DNA of 64,000 nucleotides from a virus (Duplodnaviria > Caudoviricetes): the IMG/VR virus record IMGVR_UViG_3300022602_000026. One strand, given 5' to 3'. The notes beneath the pieces are model-generated. The model saw nothing but the letters and a program-made list of their open reading frames with translations. It ran no database searches and had not been told where the DNA came from. The translations under genes and the position numbers were made by a program. This document shows, one piece after another, positions 1-8,806 of this stretch (position 1 is the first letter of the stretch; every line of letters starts with the position of its first letter).

Positions 1-91
1 TAAAATACCGCAAAAAACACGCATATTACATAGAAAACTGCGTAGTTTAGTAAATAAATTTACAAAGCCAATTTATTAAAGGAGTTTCTTA

Positions 92-1291
92 ATGAACAAA
101 TACGAACAGTTGATTGAACACATCATCAACGAAGACGAACAAGCAGCTAAAGAACTTTTCCACCAATTAGTGGTTGAGAAGTCACGTGACATTTATGAGT
201 CACTAATGGACGAAGACATGGGCGGAAACGAAGCTCAAGGATTCGTACAAGATATTACTAATCAAAACGATAGCGCACAAGAAATGGGACTTGGCGAAGA
301 CGACGAAGAAATGGACATGGACGGCGAAGACGAGTTTGGCACTGACGACGACATGGACGGCGAAGAAGAAACATTCGGCGGCGACGACATGGGTGGCGAA
401 GAAGGCGAAGAAGCCGAGCACAGTGAAATTGAATCACAACTAGACAGCATTACTGCACAACTAGATGACTTAAAGGCTATGTTAGCTGGCGAGCAAGGTG
501 ATGAAGAGCATGACATGGGCGACGACATGGATGATATGGGCGGCGAAAGCGACTTCGACATGGACAGTGAAGAAGAGCCTGCAGAGGAAGGCATGAACAT
601 GGAATCTGCTAATCCTTTTGCCAAGAGTGGTTCAGCATCAGGCAAAAGCGGTTCAGCAAGTGGATCTGGTAAGTCTGGTAGCGGAATGAAAGAAGCTAAG
701 AAAATGAGCGGTTCAGGCATGAGCGGTTCAGGTAAGTCTGGCTCTGGCATTAAAGAAGCTGCTAAGAAAAGCGGTTCTGGTGTAAGCGGTTCTGGTAAGT
801 CTGGTTCAGGCAAAATGGAAAGCTACAAAAAGACCGACGTAGAGATCATGAAAGAATACGTTGACAAGATCGGCGAGATCTACAAAATAGACAATCCTAA
901 CAGTGAAACAGGTAAGACTGTTGGTACTGGTGGTGACGAGCCAACTATTAACAAAAAGCAAGTTAGTTTAGACAAAGGACCTGACTTTGGCGGTACTAAC
1001 GAAAACATTCTAAACGGCAAAGGCAATGAAGAAGCTGCTGATGGCAAGCAATTCAAAGCTCCAAACAACGAGTATAGCAAGAAGCGTGGTGACTTACCTC
1101 ATGCAGGTCAGTTCAAGAACGTTCCTGGCAACAAGAAAGTTTGGGATGCAAAAGGACCTAGCGATGGTCACGGAGCTGAGAAGAAAGGTACTGAGACTGG
1201 TAAAACAGTTGGTACCGGTGGCGACAAGCCAAGTCTAAATACCAAAGGTATTGAAGGCGGAGCAGGTCAGCCAACAGGTAAAAAGAAGTAA
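92..1291 (+). CDS. Acidic low-complexity prohead core-like protein
   Basis: TAAATA at 51-56 and SD AAGGAG at 79-84; D/E-rich N-half, SGSGKSGSG repeats, duplicated GKTVGTGGD; sits immediately before the prohead protease, where T4 has core genes 67/68. Confidence 0.6.
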   Translation: MNKYEQLIEHIINEDEQAAKELFHQLVVEKSRDIYESLMDEDMGGNEAQGFVQDITNQNDSAQEMGLGEDDEEMDMDGEDEFGTDDDMDGEEETFGGDDMGGEEGEEAEHSEIESQLDSITAQLDDLKAMLAGEQGDEEHDMGDDMDDMGGESDFDMDSEEEPAEEGMNMESANPFAKSGSASGKSGSASGSGKSGSGMKEAKKMSGSGMSGSGKSGSGIKEAAKKSGSGVSGSGKSGSGKMESYKKTDVEIMKEYVDKIGEIYKIDNPNSETGKTVGTGGDEPTINKKQVSLDKGPDFGGTNENILNGKGNEEAADGKQFKAPNNEYSKKRGDLPHAGQFKNVPGNKKVWDAKGPSDGHGAEKKGTETGKTVGTGGDKPSLNTKGIEGGAGQPTGKKK

Positions 1292-1306
1292 TAGGAACTT
1301 ATTATA

Positions 1307-1948
1307 ATGGCTTTGTTCCTAAAGGAAACACTATCATTTGACAACGCTGGACTTCAGGTTATCTCTGAAGATTCCGGCGATGGCAAAGGTGGTAAGCATT
1401 TCTATATGGATGGGATATTCATTCAAGGTGGCGTACAGAATGCCAACAAACGTGTATATCCCACTCACGAAATTAAAAAAGCTGTTGAGACCATCACTGA
1501 GCAATTAAAGGGTGGTTATAGTGTACTGGGCGAATTGGATCATCCAGATGACTTAAAGATTAACTTGGATCGTGTTAGCCACATGATAACAAAAATGTGG
1601 ATGGACGGGCCAAACGGATTTGGAAAACTAAAAGTGTTACCAACACCAATGGGTAAACTAGTTGAAGCGATGCTGACAAGCGGAGTTAAACTGGGTGTAA
1701 GCTCGCGTGGATCAGGTAACGTTAGTGAAAGTAGTGGACACGTTAGTGATTTTGAAATCATTACCGTAGACATTGTTGCACAACCCAGTGCACCTAACGC
1801 ATATCCAAAAGCGATTTACGAATCGTTAATGAACATGCGTGGTGGACAACAGTTGTTCAACATGGCTAAAGACGCCAGCACCGATCAAAGAGTACAGAAG
1901 TACGTGGAAAAGGAAGTGGTGCGCCTTATCAACGATTTGAAACTATAG
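1307..1948 (+). CDS. gp21: Prohead core protease (T4 gp21-like)
   Basis: LGELDHP, GVSSRGSG and DIVAQPSAPNA motifs; position before scaffold and capsid genes. Confidence 0.92.
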   Translation: MALFLKETLSFDNAGLQVISEDSGDGKGGKHFYMDGIFIQGGVQNANKRVYPTHEIKKAVETITEQLKGGYSVLGELDHPDDLKINLDRVSHMITKMWMDGPNGFGKLKVLPTPMGKLVEAMLTSGVKLGVSSRGSGNVSESSGHVSDFEIITVDIVAQPSAPNAYPKAIYESLMNMRGGQQLFNMAKDASTDQRVQKYVEKEVVRLINDLKL

Positions 1949-1961
1949 GAGAACAAATCCA

Positions 1962-3074
1962 ATGTTAGACGCCTTAAAACCAATGTTAGACAGCGGTATT
2001 ATCAACGAGTCTACACAACAAGCTATCAATGAAGCTTGGGAAACCAAGTTGACTGAAGCACGTGAGCAATTGCGTGCCGAGCTTCGTGAAGAATTCGCTG
2101 GCCGTTATCAGCATGACAAACAAGTTATGGTTGAGGCTCTAGACAAAATGGTTACAGAATCTTTAACTGCCGAGATTGAAGAATTCAAAGCAGCTAAACT
2201 AGCTCTTGCCGAAGACCGTGTAAAGTTTAACGCTCGCATGGTTGAAAGCGCAGGTAAGTTTGATCAATTCCTAGTTACAAAACTAGCCGAAGAGATCCAA
2301 GAACTACGCAATGACCGCAAACAATACGAGAATAGCATCGCTAAACTTGAGTCGTTTGTTATCAAAGCACTTGCAGAAGAAATTAAAGAGTTTGAAGCAG
2401 ACAAGAAAGCAGTTGTTGAGACTAAAGTTCAACTTGTTGCCGGAGCTAAAGCAAAATTAGCCGAGCTACAAAAGAACTTTGTTGCAAGAAGTGCTGAAAT
2501 GGTTAAAGAATCTATTACCGCAAAACTAGAGTCTGAAATGACTCAACTAAAAGAAGACATCAATATTGCTCGTGAGAACATGTTTGGTCGTCGTTTATTC
2601 GAAGCTTTTGCAAGCGAGTTTGCTGTTACTCATTTAAATGAGAACAAAGAAATTGCTAAGATGCAAGAACTTTTAAACAAACAAAATGCAGTTATTGCCG
2701 AAGCTAAAAAAGCTATCGAAAATAAAGCAATGTTAGTTGAATCAAAAGAAAAAGAAATTCGTATTATCCGGGAATCTACAGAACGCAAGCAAAAACTTGC
2801 CGAAATGTTGAAACCTCTAAACAAAGAGAAAGCTGCTGTAATGAGCAGTCTACTCGAATCAGTGCAGACCGACAAGTTACAGTCCGCATTTGATAAGTAT
2901 CTACCTGCAGTTCTAAACAACGGTACTACAAAGCAACCTGCACCTAGTTCACAAGTTTTGACAGAATCACGTTCAGAAGTAACAGGAGACAAAACTGCTA
3001 AAAGCGCAACATTTGAAGACACAACAGCATCCGCTAATGTGTTTGAATTGAAACGTCTAGCAGGGCTAAAGTGA
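1962..3074 (+). CDS. gp22: Prohead scaffold protein (T4 gp22-like)
   Basis: E/K/A-rich coiled coil between protease and MCP; SD AGGAG. Confidence 0.85.
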   Translation: MLDALKPMLDSGIINESTQQAINEAWETKLTEAREQLRAELREEFAGRYQHDKQVMVEALDKMVTESLTAEIEEFKAAKLALAEDRVKFNARMVESAGKFDQFLVTKLAEEIQELRNDRKQYENSIAKLESFVIKALAEEIKEFEADKKAVVETKVQLVAGAKAKLAELQKNFVARSAEMVKESITAKLESEMTQLKEDINIARENMFGRRLFEAFASEFAVTHLNENKEIAKMQELLNKQNAVIAEAKKAIENKAMLVESKEKEIRIIRESTERKQKLAEMLKPLNKEKAAVMSSLLESVQTDKLQSAFDKYLPAVLNNGTTKQPAPSSQVLTESRSEVTGDKTAKSATFEDTTASANVFELKRLAGLK

Positions 3075-3103
3075 CTTAACCCTAAAAGGAAAAAGGAAAT
3101 ATT

Positions 3104-4276
3104 ATGACACAAGCATTATTAGAAAGCCGTTGGGGCGAGACAAAAGACGCTCTGTTAGAAGGCTTAAACGGTTCTAGAAGAACTACAATGGCAGTTGTAT
3201 TAGAAAATACACGCAAGCACCTAGTTGAAAATGCAACAGCTGGCGCAACATCGGCAGGTAACGTAGCAACACTTAACCGTGTTATTCTACCAGTTATCCG
3301 TCGTGTTATGCCCACAGTTATTGCAAATGAAATTATTGGTGTACAACCAATGACTGGCCCAGTTAGCCAAATCCATACATTACGTGTACGTTATGCAGAT
3401 AACGTTATCGGAACAAATGGTGCTACTGGCGCAACAGCTGGTGACGAAGCATTATCACCATTTAAGATTGCAACTGCTTATTCAGGTGGCACAAACGGCT
3501 ACCCATCAAGCACTGCAACACTTGAAGGTGTACCTGGCAACCGTATCAACGTTCAAATCTTGAAACAAGTTGTTGAAGCGAAGACACGTAAAATGTCAGC
3601 ACGTTGGACATTTGAAGCTGCGCAAGATGCACAATCTATGCACGGTTTGGATGTAGAAGCAGAAATTATGGCTGCTCTAGCACAAGAGATCACAGTTGAA
3701 ATTGATCAAGAAATTATCGGTTCACTAAGTTCTTTAGCTGCTACTGACTACGCTTTTGACCAATCAGCAGTAAGTGGTACTGCAACATTCGTTGGTGACG
3801 AACATGCTGCTCTAGCAGTTCTAATCAACCGTAGTGCAAACTTGATTGCACAACGTACACGTCGTGGCGCTGGTAACTGGGCGATTGTATCTCCAGGTGC
3901 ATTAACAGTACTACAAAGTGCTACAACAAGTGCATTTGCACGTACAACAGAAGGTACTTTCGAAGCTCCTACAAACACAAAGTTTGTTGGTACATTGAAC
4001 GGTGCTATGCGTATCTATGTAAATGCATACGCAAATGATTCAACTCCAGTATTGGTTGGATACAAAGGTTCTAGCGAGGCTGATGCAGCTGCGTTCTATT
4101 GCCCTTATATTCCTCTAATGTCTTCTGGTGTTGTATTGGATCCAAATACTTTTGAACCAGTAGTTGGATTTATGACACGTTACGGTTATGTAGAGTTAAC
4201 AAACACTGCATCATCACTAGGTAACGCAGGCGACTACTTGAGTGAAATCAGTATTGCAAACTTATCATTCCAATAA
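3104..4276 (+). CDS. gp23: Major capsid protein (T4 gp23-like)
   Basis: IIGVQPMTGP, VEAKTRKMSARWTFEAAQD, AAFYCPYIPL and GFMTRYG motifs. Confidence 0.95.
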   Translation: MTQALLESRWGETKDALLEGLNGSRRTTMAVVLENTRKHLVENATAGATSAGNVATLNRVILPVIRRVMPTVIANEIIGVQPMTGPVSQIHTLRVRYADNVIGTNGATGATAGDEALSPFKIATAYSGGTNGYPSSTATLEGVPGNRINVQILKQVVEAKTRKMSARWTFEAAQDAQSMHGLDVEAEIMAALAQEITVEIDQEIIGSLSSLAATDYAFDQSAVSGTATFVGDEHAALAVLINRSANLIAQRTRRGAGNWAIVSPGALTVLQSATTSAFARTTEGTFEAPTNTKFVGTLNGAMRIYVNAYANDSTPVLVGYKGSSEADAAAFYCPYIPLMSSGVVLDPNTFEPVVGFMTRYGYVELTNTASSLGNAGDYLSEISIANLSFQ

Positions 4277-4298
4277 TCCATTATTGGTTTGTTTAACA

Positions 4299-4322
4299 AA
4301 AAGGCTCTTCGGAGCCTTTTTT
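4299..4322 (+). terminator. Intrinsic terminator after MCP
   Basis: AAAAGGCTC-TTCG-GAGCCTTTTTT (UUCG tetraloop plus U tract). Confidence 0.9.
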
Positions 4323-4410
4323 ATTGGCGGCGTTATCGGTAATATAAATATCTATGTGACAACAGTCACAAGCTCGTGTTTAACACACATACACACAAAG
4401 GAGAAAAACT

Positions 4411-4638
4411 ATGAGCAAAACACCTTACGAGATTCGTCTCGAACTTCTCAAAATGGCTAACGAAATTCTTGTGACGCCAGTATTTCAAAAACGACAATCA
4501 TTGACTGATGAGTATCACTCTAAGTTAACTGATGCTAATCGCGGTACGCTACCTTTCCCAACATTGCCTGACTTTCCATCTAGTACAGACATTGTGACCA
4601 AGGCCGAAGAACTCAAAAAGTTTGTAGACCAAGCGTAA
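4411..4638 (+). CDS. Small hypothetical protein of a type common in T4-like phages
   Basis: TATAAATA at 4343-4350, SD AAGGAG; MSKTPYEIRLELLKMA...IVTKAEELKKFV pattern. Confidence 0.8.
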   Translation: MSKTPYEIRLELLKMANEILVTPVFQKRQSLTDEYHSKLTDANRGTLPFPTLPDFPSSTDIVTKAEELKKFVDQA

Positions 4639-4641
4639 AAT

Positions 4642-4665
4642 AAAAGGCTCTTCGGAGCCTTTTTT
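4642..4665 (+). terminator. Second identical intrinsic terminator
   Basis: Same AAAAGGCTC-TTCG-GAGCCTTTTTT sequence as 4299-4322. Confidence 0.9.
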
Positions 4666-4702
4666 ATTGGCTCCAATAAATATAATAACATAGGAGATCA
4701 AC

Positions 4703-4873
4703 ATGGCAACAAAATCAGTTCCTGCAGTAGCAGTACCAACTAGAAGCGCAGTAGTAGCACAACCACAAGTGGCAATAAAACCCAAAGCACTAGCAGTGGT
4801 ATCGGCACCAGCAACAGCAGGTTATAAAGCACCTAAACCTGCTAATCCACCAGTTGCGAAACCAAAAGTATAA
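4703..4873 (+). CDS. 56-aa Ala/Pro/Val/Lys-rich small protein (not in ORF track)
   Basis: TAAATA 4677-4682, SD AGGAG, ATG 4703, TAA 4871-4873; MATKSVPAVAVPTRSAVVAQPQVAIKPKALAVVSAPATAGYKAPKPANPPVAKPKV. Confidence 0.7.
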   Translation: MATKSVPAVAVPTRSAVVAQPQVAIKPKALAVVSAPATAGYKAPKPANPPVAKPKV

Positions 4874-4953
4874 ATACTGTGTTCACTCCCACAGAGGGGT
4901 TCTCGGAGTAGCCACTTCGGGTAGCCTAGAACGCTAACACAAGGAGAAAATAA

Positions 4954-5676
4954 ATGGCAAAACTAAAAATTACGCAAACAGACTCTAGCGGTCAAATACA
5001 CGATCGTTATACCGGTCCAGAATCTATCAATGGATCATACGTTGGTGGTACCGGCGGTTTAACAAGCCAAACCGGTCGTCAAATTCAAGGACAAAGTTAT
5101 GTTGTGGGATCTAGCTCACAACAATGTAGTATTCTTGCACAAAAAGGTTCACACAAGTTCCGTGTACAAGATGCACTATCGGCCAAAGGCACTTGCACAT
5201 TGACAAATTCACCAAACCCAACTGCGGGTCAAATGAACATTTTGTTGACTTTGAACAATGCAGCTGCTAATATTGCTGCTGCTAACGTTGCTGGCGGTGC
5301 TACTAGTACCACAGTGACATTTGACACACGTACAGCAGTAACTGGTCCAGTTGCTCTTCCTAGAGTTGGTGATTACTTGAGCTGGACAAGTCCAACTTCT
5401 AATATTGCTAACTTTACACAAGTTACAGCAGTTACCAATAGCACAATCACTATTGCTACTAGCGGTAATGTTCCTGCGTACACTGGTGTTACAGTAAGTA
5501 CTAACACATACGCAAGTAAACTAAACAACAGACACGTTTGGGATTGGTACAGTGACGGTCAAATAGACAGTACACAGGGTATTACAACATTCTATACCAC
5601 TGGATATAACCCAACTCGTTATCGTTACCACTTGGCAGCTCCAGATTCTACTTTCATCCAAGTACAATACGCATAA
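4954..5676 (+). CDS. Putative virion structural protein
   Basis: TATAAATA 4869-4876, SD AAGGAG; T/G/A/N-rich beta-type composition. Confidence 0.6.
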   Translation: MAKLKITQTDSSGQIHDRYTGPESINGSYVGGTGGLTSQTGRQIQGQSYVVGSSSQQCSILAQKGSHKFRVQDALSAKGTCTLTNSPNPTAGQMNILLTLNNAAANIAAANVAGGATSTTVTFDTRTAVTGPVALPRVGDYLSWTSPTSNIANFTQVTAVTNSTITIATSGNVPAYTGVTVSTNTYASKLNNRHVWDWYSDGQIDSTQGITTFYTTGYNPTRYRYHLAAPDSTFIQVQYA

Positions 5677-5718
5677 TAACAACTATTAGCTGTATTTGAC
5701 TACGGCATGACTCGACTT

Positions 5719-5747
5719 GAAGCGGCTCTTTTGGGCCGCTTCTTTTT
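5719..5747 (+). terminator. Intrinsic terminator
   Basis: GAAGCGGCTC-TTTT-GGGCCGCTTC-TTTTT. Confidence 0.8.
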
Positions 5748-5801
5748 GATATTTCGATATCTTTGAATCGGATAAATATACAATAAACAAGGCATTCCGA
5801 A

Positions 5802-6353
5802 ATGAGTAGCGTAAAAAGAATTTCCGGGCAATACACAATTGAAACTGTGAATTCCACAGATCAAATCAATTTGAATAGTCCCTTGGTTGTAGTAAATGGT
5901 AACCTATGGGTAACCGGCAATAGCCAAGTAGTTTCCAGCACAGATACAGCAATAACCAATAACACAATTACTCTAAACAACGGAGTAACCAATCCAAATC
6001 CACTAGGTGCCAATATCATAGTTGATCGTGGTACGAGTCCAAATGTAAGTATACGCTGGAACGAGACTGTAACGGCCTGGCAAGTTACCACTAACGGCAG
6101 TACCTATGCCAATATTGCAACCGCATCAGGATCGTTTTCAAATGTCTACGCTGACAGTGCACCTGCAATCAGTGCAAACCTAGATTTACGCGGGCACTCG
6201 ATTTGGGATAGTACCAACAACGCAAACGTACAACTCTTTGCAAGCAGTGTCGGAAACGGCGGAACAGGAATACACGTAACAAATACACAATATACTGACA
6301 AGGAAATTATGTTGAAACAACGTAGTATTGCTTACAGTATTTTATTCGGATAA
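5802..6353 (+). CDS. Virion structural protein (tail-fibre-associated)
   Basis: TAAATA 5773-5778; NITITLN, IIVDRG, IRWNE segments typical of phage fibre proteins. Confidence 0.6.
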   Translation: MSSVKRISGQYTIETVNSTDQINLNSPLVVVNGNLWVTGNSQVVSSTDTAITNNTITLNNGVTNPNPLGANIIVDRGTSPNVSIRWNETVTAWQVTTNGSTYANIATASGSFSNVYADSAPAISANLDLRGHSIWDSTNNANVQLFASSVGNGGTGIHVTNTQYTDKEIMLKQRSIAYSILFG

Positions 6354-6364
6354 TAGGAACAAAA

Positions 6365-6670
6365 ATGTCATTACAAAACGCATCAATACCAAATACAACA
6401 GCAACTGCAATATATACCAGTTCGGGCAACAACGTGATATCTACAGTGCATATATGTAACAACACAAATGCCACAATTTATGCCAACGTATATCTAGTGC
6501 AAAATACATTTATTGCAAATGCAGTAAACATAATTTATGGCAACGTTGCGGTCAGTGCATACAACACCTTGATCACACAAGAAAAATTTGCACTTGGCAC
6601 TGGTGATGCAGTTTATGCAAACGCAAGTACCACTGGATTATCGGCTACTATCAGCTATATTGGAATTTAA
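6365..6670 (+). CDS. Small virion structural protein
   Basis: SD AGGA; beta-sandwich-like composition within the structural cluster. Confidence 0.6.
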   Translation: MSLQNASIPNTTATAIYTSSGNNVISTVHICNNTNATIYANVYLVQNTFIANAVNIIYGNVAVSAYNTLITQEKFALGTGDAVYANASTTGLSATISYIGI

Positions 6671-6672
6671 CA

Positions 6673-7128
6673 ATGGCACGATTTCTTAAAAACCCACAAC
6701 TTGCTCCGGGGGCGCAGGGAGCAATTTTGCCTGTAGTACCCAGCAGTGCTTATGGCGATGCACCGGTATCGGGACTGATTAGATTCAATCAGGCATCAAG
6801 CAGAATTGAATTCTATTACAACGGTGCCTGGAGTCAAATTGCCAAAATTGGTAGTGTAACTATAGTAGTAGATTCGTCCAATGGCGGAACCAATGGCGGC
6901 ACAACATTGCCTTATGGTAATGGATCCACACAGACATTTACTATGAGTCAAGCCGAAACAGATCCAAATGCTGTTGCAGCATTTGTTGGCGGTGTTTATC
7001 AAGAACCCAATACTTACACAGTTTCGGGAACTAGTATTACATTTTCCACTGCACCGCCTTTGGGAACTATCAACCCAACTCAGATCACGATCATACACAA
7101 CATCAACAGCACCAACGTGCCGGCATAA
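6673..7128 (+). CDS. Virion structural protein with G-x-IRFN motif and Ig-like module
   Basis: GLIRFNQASSRIEFY and AFVGGVYQEP..YTVSGTSITF, shared with the two larger fibre genes. Confidence 0.6.
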   Translation: MARFLKNPQLAPGAQGAILPVVPSSAYGDAPVSGLIRFNQASSRIEFYYNGAWSQIAKIGSVTIVVDSSNGGTNGGTTLPYGNGSTQTFTMSQAETDPNAVAAFVGGVYQEPNTYTVSGTSITFSTAPPLGTINPTQITIIHNINSTNVPA

Positions 7129-7137
7129 GGGGCACAA

Positions 7138-8685
7138 ATGGCACTGGCAAAAATTAATGGACCGATGCTGCAAGCGAACCTGGAACGCCATGGTGTCAAC
7201 ATCTCCATTGATTCTGCTGCCTATTTTGACGTAAACAATTATCGTGTTGGTGTCAATAATTCAAGTCCGATGTACACATTGGATGTGTCGGGAAATGCAC
7301 ATCTAGGCAATATGTATATGTTGGGAAACACAATCACAACCGATCCCGGATACAAACTAAATCTCGGAAATATTGCCAACATCACCATTAGCGGTGGACA
7401 ACCAAATTATATTATATACACTGATGGCGCTGGTAATTTGACCTTTGGCGATGTAGATGCATTGCCCGAAGTATCGGCAATACTTGCCAACATTGCAACT
7501 GCAAATTTAGAAATTGCTGGAGCAAATGCTGCAATCGTAACTGCTAATAACGCAGTGGTTGCGTATGTTAACACACTAAATTCTGCAATGGCATCAAACG
7601 TGGCCGGAGCTAATGCTGCGATTGTAACCGCTAACAGCGCAGTAGTCGGTTATGTGAACTATCTAAACACACAGATGGCTGCTAATGTAGCCGGAGCAAA
7701 TGCTGCTATAGTTACTGCCAATACCGCAGTGGTAAACTATGTAAATACTGCCAACGCCGCAGTGGTAAACTATATTAATCAAGAAATAGGCAATCTTTCC
7801 GCTGGCGGAAACGCAAATATTGCTGCCTACTTATCAACGTTCACCGGAAATATCAGTGCAGGAAATATCAGTGTAGACACTATATCGCCCCTTCAAACCA
7901 CAGTAACAGTTTTCAATTCAAATACAGCAATTGGTATTCCCAGCGGAAATTCAGCACAACGACCTTCAAATCCCGGTATCGGATACATTAGATACAATAC
8001 CGTATCGGAAACAATCGAAGTTTATACTGCCAATGGTTGGACCACAATTGGTGGAGAACTGATAAGCCAAACAATTACTCCCGACGGAGTTGCTAATACT
8101 TTTGCACTAACCAATGCAGCAGCCGCAGCCGATATGTTGGTAAGTATTAACGGTGTTGTGCAAAGACCAGGATCGGCATACACTGTTTCGGGATCTAACA
8201 TTGTATTCACCGAAGTTCCTTTGATAACAGATATAATTGATGTTCGTATCTTGGTATCTTTAGTGGAATTTGGTGATACTGTATCGGGAAATTTAACAAT
8301 TGGCGGAAATGTAATTGTTGCCAATAATATTTCAGTGTCGGGCACAGTAACTGGCGGAAAATCACAATCGGGATCGGTACTCTTTACTGCAAATGCCACA
8401 GTAAATTCCACATTCATGGGCGGGGTTTTAGAAGCCGCCGGCACATTGCCCTATACTCTGACATTGCCAAATCCAACTTTATACCGGGGTCAAATAACAA
8501 TGTGGCTAAATGCTTCGGGCACATTGACCTTGACCACCCCGGCCGGTGTTATTTATGTGACCTATAGCGGCACAACCTCGGGATCGGGAACAGCTACAGT
8601 TACCCTTGCCAACAACAATACTACGTTGTTTACCCTAATGGCCGATGGATATAATTGGTCAATTTGGGGTGTCAAAACAGCCTAA
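7138..8685 (+). CDS. Tail fibre-like protein with coiled-coil repeats
   Basis: Three 29-aa AGANAAIVTAN..VV.YVN repeats (7516, 7603, 7690); GYIRYN; LVSINGVVQRP module. Confidence 0.7.
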   Translation: MALAKINGPMLQANLERHGVNISIDSAAYFDVNNYRVGVNNSSPMYTLDVSGNAHLGNMYMLGNTITTDPGYKLNLGNIANITISGGQPNYIIYTDGAGNLTFGDVDALPEVSAILANIATANLEIAGANAAIVTANNAVVAYVNTLNSAMASNVAGANAAIVTANSAVVGYVNYLNTQMAANVAGANAAIVTANTAVVNYVNTANAAVVNYINQEIGNLSAGGNANIAAYLSTFTGNISAGNISVDTISPLQTTVTVFNSNTAIGIPSGNSAQRPSNPGIGYIRYNTVSETIEVYTANGWTTIGGELISQTITPDGVANTFALTNAAAAADMLVSINGVVQRPGSAYTVSGSNIVFTEVPLITDIIDVRILVSLVEFGDTVSGNLTIGGNVIVANNISVSGTVTGGKSQSGSVLFTANATVNSTFMGGVLEAAGTLPYTLTLPNPTLYRGQITMWLNASGTLTLTTPAGVIYVTYSGTTSGSGTATVTLANNNTTLFTLMADGYNWSIWGVKTA

Positions 8686-8806
8686 AGAATTCAATTCTAA
8701 CAATACAGTAATAATTTTTTAAATCATACCATAAATAACACCCCTAGAGTGGTTTCGTCACGGCTAAACTAAATATGTTTAACACACGAATTTTTAAGGA
8801 AAAAAC

